Assembly: GCA_963804235.1 (NCBI GenBank)
Contig: CAWDPP010000057.1
Location: forward strand, 13,603-77,602
Source: an uncultured Alphaproteobacteria bacterium
Lineage (GTDB): Bacteria > Pseudomonadota > Alphaproteobacteria > ATCC43930 > CGMCC-115725
Reading direction: 5' to 3'
DNA: 64,000 nucleotides
The notes beneath the pieces were generated by a model, which did not search any database, had not been told where the DNA came from, and saw only the letters and a list, made by a program, of their open reading frames with translations. Position 1 is the first letter of the stretch; every line of letters starts with the position of its first letter. Shown here piece after piece: positions 58,065 to 64,000 of the stretch. The position numbers and the translations under genes are program-made.

Positions 58065-59083
58065 ATGCGCTCGTTCCGGATTGCGGCAGGTGCTGTGCTC
58101 GCGGCGCTTGCGCTGGCCGCCGCGCGCGCGGAGGAGCCGGCGCCGCTGCGCATCGGCTGGGTCGTGGTGCCGTCCGACCTGGCGCCCGTCATGCTGGCGA
58201 AGCCGGGTCTCGCGCCGCACGCCGGCAAGAGCTATGCGCCGCAGCTTGTGCATTTCTCCGGCACTTCGACCATCGTGACCGCGCTCGCGGCCGGCGAGCT
58301 CGACATGGCGGCGATCGCCTATTCGACGCTCGCGATCGCGATCGAGAATGCAGGGCTCACCGACATCCGCGTCATCGCCAATTCCTTCATGGACGGGACG
58401 CAAGGCTATCACACCAACGACTACATGGTGCGCAACGACAGCAAGATCGAGACGATCGAGGGTTTGAAGGGCAAGGTCCTGGCCACCAACGAGGCCGGCA
58501 GCGCCATCGACATGGCGCTCCGCGCCAATCTCGCCAAGCACGACATGCGCGACAAGCGCGACGTGACCATCCTCGAGGTGCCGTTTCCGCAGATGAAGGC
58601 GACGCTGAAGGAGGGCAAGGTCGATCTGGTCGCCGCCGCCTCGCCGTTCGACTACGACCCCGACCTGCGCGCCTTCGCGCACACGCTCTTCACGCAGAAG
58701 GACGGCATGGGCCCGACCGAGATGATCATGCGCGTCGTGCGCGGCGCCTATATCAAGGAGCACCGCGCGGCGCTCGTCGATTTCATGGAGGATTATCTCC
58801 GCACGCTGCACTACGTCTATGAGCCGCAGCATCGCGCGGACGGGATTGCGCTCGTCGCCGACATGACGAAGCAGAAGCCCGAGTTCTACGACAAGTGGCT
58901 TTTCACCAAGGACGACTATTATCGCAACCCGAACGGGCTGCCCGATCTCGACGTGCTGCAGGCCAATATCGACACGCAGCGCGAGCTCGGATTCCTCAAA
59001 TCCGACATCGACGTGAAGAAATACGCCGATCTGAGCATCGTCGAGGAAGCCGCAAAGCGCCTCGGCGCTGCGCCGCGAACTAG
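58065..59083 (+). CDS. NMT1/THI5-like ABC-type substrate-binding protein (paralogue of 12401-13416); probable frame break just before the stop
   Basis: Signal peptide MRSFRIAAGAVLAALALAAARA. It is collinear with the first paralogue (…AIDMALRANLAKHDMRDKRDVTILEVPFPQM...DIDVKKYADLSIVEEAAKRLG). In the given frame there is no stop until 60587. The adjacent frame ends ...AAN-TAG at 59081-59083. Confidence 0.75.
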
Positions 59084-59121
59084 CGCGCGGCGCGGAGCGC
59101 CCGTCAACGAAGGAGAACGAG

Positions 59122-59925
59122 ATGCTGCTGCCGCTCAAGAACCGCCGCATCCATTACGACCTCGCCGGGCGCGACAGGGGGCCGGTGCTGTGCGTCACCC
59201 ATTCGCTCGCGTCGGACAGCGGCATGTGGGGCGAGCAGATGGCGCCGCTCCTCACCGCCGGCTGGCGCGTCCTGCGCATCGACATGCGCGGCCACGGCGG
59301 CAGCGACCCGGTGCCGGGCGACTACACGATGGACGAGCTGGCCGACGACTGCGCGAGCGTCTTGGAGGCGCTCGGCCTCTCGGGCGTGCATTACATGGGG
59401 CTGTCGATCGGCGGCATGTTCGGACACAGCCTCGCGCTCCGGCATGGCGCGCGGTTCAAGTCGCTGCTGCTGTGCGACACGAGCTGCGCCACGCCGCCGG
59501 CGCCGCCGGGCGCCTGGGCCGAGCGCGCGAGCGCGGTGCGCAAGGCCAACTCGGTCGCGCCCTTGGCCGAGGGCACGCTCGAGCGCTGGTTCACGCCCGC
59601 GATGAAGGAGAAGAATCCGGGCCGCTTCAAGCAGATCCTCGACACCGTCGCGGCGACGACGCCGGACGGGTTCTGCGGCTGCGTCGCCGCCATCCAGAAT
59701 TTCGATTTCTCGGACCGGTTGCCGCAGATCAAGCTGCCGACGCTGGTCGTTTGGGGAAAGGAGGATCCGGGCACGCCGCCCGCGGCGAACAAACGCATCG
59801 TCGCGCTCATCCCCGGCGCGCGCGGCGAGGAGATGCCGGGCTTGCGCCACTTCCCCAATGTCGAAGGCCCGGACGCCTTCAACCGCATCATGATGGGCTG
59901 GCTCGACGCGCGGAAGAACGCCTAG
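59122..59925 (+). CDS. alpha/beta hydrolase (3-oxoadipate enol-lactonase-like)
   Basis: Intact 267-aa ORF: VLCVTHSLASDSGMW...RIDMRGHGGSD...HYMGLSIGGMFG (GxSxG)...LPTLVVWGKEDPGTPP...GLRHFPNVE. Confidence 0.82.
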   Translation: MLLPLKNRRIHYDLAGRDRGPVLCVTHSLASDSGMWGEQMAPLLTAGWRVLRIDMRGHGGSDPVPGDYTMDELADDCASVLEALGLSGVHYMGLSIGGMFGHSLALRHGARFKSLLLCDTSCATPPAPPGAWAERASAVRKANSVAPLAEGTLERWFTPAMKEKNPGRFKQILDTVAATTPDGFCGCVAAIQNFDFSDRLPQIKLPTLVVWGKEDPGTPPAANKRIVALIPGARGEEMPGLRHFPNVEGPDAFNRIMMGWLDARKNA

Positions 59926-61607
59926 CCGCCCTCTCGCCGATCGAGGCGGTCGAGCGCGTACTTCGCCATCTCCTCGGCCGCGTGCTGCTCGCCCATGACG
60001 GCGCGCCCGACGTCGTTCTGGGCGAGCCAATCCGCCTCCTCGCGGCTGTGCGTGCGCACGACCGCCTCGATCGCCGGATTGGCGCGGCGGGCCGCCGCGA
60101 GAATGCGCCGCGCGGCGCCCTTTTCCGGCACGGCGATGACGATCATGCGGGCGCGGTCCGGCGCGGCGGCGTCGAGAACTTCGGGCCAGGCGGCATCGCC
60201 ATAGATCACCGGAATGTTCTCGCGGCGGAGCATTTCCGCGAAGTGCAGATTCTGCTCGATGACGACATAGGGCATGCCGCGGCTGCGCAAGGAGGCGGCG
60301 ACGACGCTGCCGACGCGCCCATGGCCGACGATGATCGTGTGCCGGTCGGGGGCGGACGCTTCCTCGCGGCGCTTTCGTTCGCGCCGGCCGGAATGCCACG
60401 CGCGCAGAAAAGCGAGCTTTTCGAGGCGCGGACCGGCGGCGTCCGCCGCTTTGAACATCGCCGACTGAACGAGGATCGAGATCAATGCGGCCGCCAGCAC
60501 GAGATCCCGCCCCTCCGCCGGCAAAAGCCCGCGGCTGACGGCGGTTCCGCTCAAGATGAAGGAGAACTCGCCGATCTGCGCCAATGAAGCCGCGACGGTG
60601 GCCGCGGTCCTCGGCGCCTCGCGCAGCGCGAACAGGATCAGCAGCGTCAGAACGCCGTTGCCGACGATGACGGCCGCGGCGACGGCCGCGATGTGCCACG
60701 GCACGCGGACGATCGCGGCCGGGTCGAACAGCATGCCGATCGAGACGAAGAACAGCACCGTGAAGACCTGCTGCACCGGGACGGATTCGCCCGCCGCCTG
60801 GTGGCTCAGGTCGGACTCGGCGATGACCACGCCGGCAAAGAAGGCGCCGAGCGCGGGCGAGACGCCGATCAGCTCGGTCGTGAGGAAGGCGATGCCGAGT
60901 GCCACGACGAGGACGGCAAGCCGGAACAGCTCGTGCGAGCCGTCGCGCGCGGTATAGGCCAAAAGCCGGGGAATGAGGCGCCGGCCGAGCAGCAGCATGG
61001 CGGCGGCAAAGGCCACGACCTCGGCCAGCTTCAAGGCGAGCCGGGCCGCCAATGCCGCGCCATTGCTGCCGCCATCGCCGGCGCCTTGCGGCAGCATCAC
61101 CAGCACGCCGACGACGATCAGGTCCTGCATCACGAGCCATCCGAGCGCCACGCGTCCGGCCTCGGTCTGCAGCATGTCGCGATCGCCGAGCGCGCGCGTC
61201 GCCACGACGGTGCTGGCGACGGCAAGACAGGCCGCGAACAGGACGGCCTGCTCGGGTGCGAAGCCGACGAGACGCCCGACGCCGAACCCGAGCGCCGCCG
61301 ACGCCGCGACCTGGAGGATGGCGCCGGGAACGGCGGTGCGCCAAACCGCAACGAGATCGCCGATCGAGAAATGCAGCCCGACGCCGAACAGCAAGAGCGC
61401 CACGCCGATCTCGGCGAGTTGCTCGACGATCGCCTCGTCCGCGACGAAGCCCGGCGTGAACGGCCCAAGCACGACGCCGGCGAGCAGATAGCCGACGAGC
61501 GGCGGAAGGCGCACGGCGCGCGCCAGCAGTGCGCCGGCATAGGCGACGGCGAGGCTCACCACGATGGTCGTTACGAGCGTTGCGCCAGGCGGCATGACGC
61601 GAAGCAT
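59922..61607 (-). CDS. CPA2-family cation:proton antiporter with C-terminal TrkA-N (RCK) domain (KefB/YbaL-like)
   Basis: Intact 561-aa ORF: LPPLVGYLLAGVVLGPFTPGF...LLFGVGLHFS...ELIGVSPALGAFFAGVVIAES. The RCK part is HTIIVGHGRVGSVVAASLRSRGMPYVVIEQN. Confidence 0.85.
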   Translation of the reverse strand: MLRVMPPGATLVTTIVVSLAVAYAGALLARAVRLPPLVGYLLAGVVLGPFTPGFVADEAIVEQLAEIGVALLLFGVGLHFSIGDLVAVWRTAVPGAILQVAASAALGFGVGRLVGFAPEQAVLFAACLAVASTVVATRALGDRDMLQTEAGRVALGWLVMQDLIVVGVLVMLPQGAGDGGSNGAALAARLALKLAEVVAFAAAMLLLGRRLIPRLLAYTARDGSHELFRLAVLVVALGIAFLTTELIGVSPALGAFFAGVVIAESDLSHQAAGESVPVQQVFTVLFFVSIGMLFDPAAIVRVPWHIAAVAAAVIVGNGVLTLLILFALREAPRTAATVAASLAQIGEFSFILSGTAVSRGLLPAEGRDLVLAAALISILVQSAMFKAADAAGPRLEKLAFLRAWHSGRRERKRREEASAPDRHTIIVGHGRVGSVVAASLRSRGMPYVVIEQNLHFAEMLRRENIPVIYGDAAWPEVLDAAAPDRARMIVIAVPEKGAARRILAAARRANPAIEAVVRTHSREEADWLAQNDVGRAVMGEQHAAEEMAKYALDRLDRREGG

Positions 61608-61638
61608 GCATCCTCGCGCGCGCCAAGGCGAGAGCGCG

Positions 61639-62460
61639 TTAGAGCGCCGAAAATTCCTCGTCGCTCAGGGCGAGCTCGCGGGCGGCGAAATTCTCCTCGA
61701 AATGCGCGAGCGAGGAGGTGCCGGGGATCGGCACGACGCACGGCGAGCGGCGCAGGAGCCAGGCCAGCGCAACCTGCGCGGTCGTGGCAGTGTGGCGCTT
61801 GGCGATCGCCTCGATGCGGCGGGCGCTCGTCCTCTGATGCAGCGGATACCACGGCAGGAAGGCGAGCCCGTCCTTCGCGCACTGGTCGATCACCGGGTCG
61901 GACGAGCGGTCGCCGAGATTGTAGTGGTTCTGCACCGAGACGATCGTCGCGACCTTGCGGGCGCGCGCGAGCTGGCGCGTATCGACGTTGGAGAGCCCGA
62001 TGTGGCGGATCTTGCCCGCCTTCTGCAACTCGGCGAGCGCGCCGACGCTCTCTTCGAGCGGCACGCGCGCATCGACGGTGTGGAGCTGATAAAGATCGAT
62101 GCGCTCGAGCTTCAGTCGCTTCAGGCTCGCCTCGCACGCCTCCTTCAGATGCGCGGGCCGGCAATCGGCGTCCCAGCGTCCGGCCGATGGCCGCAACAGC
62201 CCGCCCTTCGTCGCGATGACGAGGCCCTTGGGATAGGGATGGAGCGCCTCGGCGATCGTGCTCTCGCTCCACGCCGGCCCGTAGGAGTCGGCGGTGTCGA
62301 TGAGCTGCACGCCGGCTGCTACGACGCCCTGCAACAGCGCCACGGCGGCAACGCGGTCGCGCGGCGGCCCGAAGCTGCCGGGCCCGGCGATGTGGAGCGC
62401 GCCAAAACCCATGCGCTCGACGGCGAGATCGCCGCCGATCGTGATCGTGCCCGCTTCCAT
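61639..62460 (-). CDS. aldo/keto reductase
   Basis: ATG at 62460 opens MEAGTITIGGDLAVERMGFGALHIAG, then ...IDTADSYGP...IATKGG...IDLYQLHTVD...IRHIGLSNV...QNHYNL...PIPGTSSLAHFEEN. Its ATG overlaps the stop of the upstream gene (TGATG). Confidence 0.85.
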   Translation of the reverse strand: MEAGTITIGGDLAVERMGFGALHIAGPGSFGPPRDRVAAVALLQGVVAAGVQLIDTADSYGPAWSESTIAEALHPYPKGLVIATKGGLLRPSAGRWDADCRPAHLKEACEASLKRLKLERIDLYQLHTVDARVPLEESVGALAELQKAGKIRHIGLSNVDTRQLARARKVATIVSVQNHYNLGDRSSDPVIDQCAKDGLAFLPWYPLHQRTSARRIEAIAKRHTATTAQVALAWLLRRSPCVVPIPGTSSLAHFEENFAARELALSDEEFSAL

Positions 62461-63647
62461 CAGATCAGGCGTTCGATCGGCGCCGGCCCGCCCAGGAGCA
62501 TGGTGCCCCAGAGGCGGCCGAAATATTCGGGCTGGTTCGAGACGTGCTGGCGCCCGGCATTGATGTCGGCGACGATGCGGCCGAACGGCAGAGTGTCGCG
62601 AATGGCCGAGGCGCCGGCCGCCTTGAACAGCTTCAAGGCCGCGAGCCCGCAGCGCTCGACGCCCCACGACGAGTGGAACTTGAGCTTCAAGCGCAAATCC
62701 ATCGGCGGCACCTCGCGCCGCTCGGCGTAGGCGGCGAGCGTGCGCAGGTTGTGATGCAGCATGACCTTGAGCTCGTCGGCGAGCGCCGCGGCCTCGGCGC
62801 AGGCGAGCTGCGCGAACGGGTCCTCGGAGGTCTTGCCGCGCGGCGTCGCGCGTTTCGCGCCGTAGTCGCGGAACGAAGCGACCATGCCGGAGAGCGCGCC
62901 GATCGCGCCGCAGGCGACGCCGAGATAGAGGATCTGCGCCGCCGGGATGCGGTAGAGCGCGGCGGTATTCACCTTCTGGCCGGGCCCGGCGCATTCGTAC
63001 ATGTCGGCGACGCTGTGGATGCGATAGGCGGGCACGAACTTGTCCTTGATGACGATGTCCTGGCTGCCGGTGCCCTTCAAGCCGGCGACGCGCCAGGTAT
63101 CGACGATCTCATAATCGCGCCGCGGCACGAGGCAGAAGCGCCAGTCGAAATGCTCGGCATCGACCGGCGGCACCACCGCGCCGAGGAAAGCCCAGTCGCA
63201 ATGATCGGCGCCGCTCGAATAGCTCCAGCGGCCCGAGAGGCGGAAGCCGTCCTTCTCCGGCACGAGCTGTCCGCCCGGCATGAGCGAGGACGACATCAGC
63301 GTGCCGGCGTCGTTCCCCCACACGTCCTGCGCCGCGCGGTCGTCATAGAGCGCGATGAGCCAGGGATGGATGCCGACCACGCCATAGACCCAGGCGGTCG
63401 AGAAGCAGCCCTCGGCAAGCGTCATCAGCACGTCGAAATAGACGGAGGGGTCCATCTCGTAGCCGCCCCAGCGCTTCGGCTGGAGGATGCGGAAGAAGCC
63501 CGCCTCCTGCATCTCGGCGATGGTTTCCTTGGGCAGGAAGCGCTGCGCCTCGGCCTCGGGCGCGCGCGCGGCCAAGCGCGGGACCATGTCGCGCGCGCGG
63601 CGCAACATTTCCTTGGGCTCGGGCACGGCAATGCTGGCTGTATCCAT
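62460..63647 (-). CDS. acyl-CoA-dehydrogenase-fold flavin-dependent monooxygenase (HsaA/HpaH-C2-like oxygenase component)
   Basis: Intact 395-aa ORF: ...FFRILQPKRWGGYEMDP...CFSTAWVYGVVGIHPWL...GRWSYSSGADHCDWAFLG...WRVAGLKGTGSQDIVIKDKFVPAYR. Confidence 0.75.
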   Translation of the reverse strand: MDTASIAVPEPKEMLRRARDMVPRLAARAPEAEAQRFLPKETIAEMQEAGFFRILQPKRWGGYEMDPSVYFDVLMTLAEGCFSTAWVYGVVGIHPWLIALYDDRAAQDVWGNDAGTLMSSSLMPGGQLVPEKDGFRLSGRWSYSSGADHCDWAFLGAVVPPVDAEHFDWRFCLVPRRDYEIVDTWRVAGLKGTGSQDIVIKDKFVPAYRIHSVADMYECAGPGQKVNTAALYRIPAAQILYLGVACGAIGALSGMVASFRDYGAKRATPRGKTSEDPFAQLACAEAAALADELKVMLHHNLRTLAAYAERREVPPMDLRLKLKFHSSWGVERCGLAALKLFKAAGASAIRDTLPFGRIVADINAGRQHVSNQPEYFGRLWGTMLLGGPAPIERLI

Positions 63648-63698
63648 GCGGCCAACTCTATGCCCCCTCGGGAAGCGGCGTCAACGCAGCGGACGGCC

Positions 63699-64000
63699 TT
63701 ACAGCATCCCCACCATGGCGCCGCTCATGCAGGTGGCGAGCGTGCCGGACAGGATCGAGCGCAGGCCGAGCTCGACGATCTCGCGCCTGCGCTCGGGCAC
63801 CATCGCGCCCATGCCGCCCAGCAGGATCCCGAGGCTGCCGAAATTGGCGAAGCCGCACATCGCATAGGTGAGGATGAGGCGCGAGTGCGGCGTGAGCGCG
63901 TCCGGCGGCAGGTGCGCGAGATCGACATAGGCGATGAACTCGTTCAACACCGTCTTGGTGCCCATGAGCTGCGCCGCCTGGTGGATGTCGGCGTCGGGAA
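63699..64000 (-). CDS. NupC/CNT-family nucleoside transporter, C-terminal part (5' end outside window)
   Basis: ...GTKTVLNEFIAYVDLAHLPPDALTPHSRLILTYAMCGFANFGSLGILLGGMGAMVPERRREIVELGLRSILSGTLATCMSGAMVGML is the conserved CNT C-terminus. Confidence 0.82.
   Translation of the reverse strand, partial: PDADIHQAAQLMGTKTVLNEFIAYVDLAHLPPDALTPHSRLILTYAMCGFANFGSLGILLGGMGAMVPERRREIVELGLRSILSGTLATCMSGAMVGML

Noticed and set aside
59104-62219. 840-aa minus-strand (59104-61626) and 508-aa plus-strand (60693-62219) ORFs
   Set aside because: They are shadows of the CPA2 antiporter, the hydrolase and the AKR genes. Their Arg-rich composition shows no domain signature.

Overview
Very G+C-rich, alphaproteobacterium-like chromosomal segment. 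The two intergenic REP families and the gene content look Hyphomicrobiales/Rhizobiales-like, but that is inference; no search was possible. I can support about 62 protein-coding genes. I saw no rRNA, tRNA, CRISPR array, IS element or integrase.

Content, left to right:
- a same-strand lrp / rocD / amidinotransferase-like / gcvT / gcvH / gcvPA / gcvPB block
- a translationally coupled bicupin dioxygenase / small AtzG-like protein / amidase operon
- a rhomboid protease and a PilZ protein
- catabolic modules: luciferase-like monooxygenases, alpha/beta hydrolases, FAD monooxygenases and orphan NMT1-type binding proteins
- a B12-radical-SAM / flippase-like / di-iron / GT4 / PIG-L-deacetylase locus that I cannot assign to a described pathway
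- an OsmF-YehYXW-type osmoprotectant ABC transporter
- a 1.9-kb islet (orphan terminase small subunit, unknown ORF, toxin-antitoxin pair) wedged with 0-2 nt spacing between convergent neighbours, with a decayed partial copy 17 kb to its left
- a PyrC / class-1B-PyrD / PyrK cluster
- cell-wall enzymes: L,D-transpeptidase, MepA, RlpA, UppP, PAP2
- second-messenger genes: GAF-GAF-PAS class III cyclase, GGDEF, PilZ, and a hybrid kinase with no sensor domain
- housekeeping parE, uvrD, prmA
- transporters: CDF, CPA2, ArsB/NhaD-type, NupC

The dominant technical feature is about 34 single-base frame breaks in about 26 conserved genes. Every break I could resolve is a +1 insertion in a short homopolymer run. 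Many six-frame ORFs in the track are therefore fragments or artificial fusions, and I annotate the reconstructed genes instead. Frameshift coordinates are approximate, and product calls rest on motif-level recognition only.
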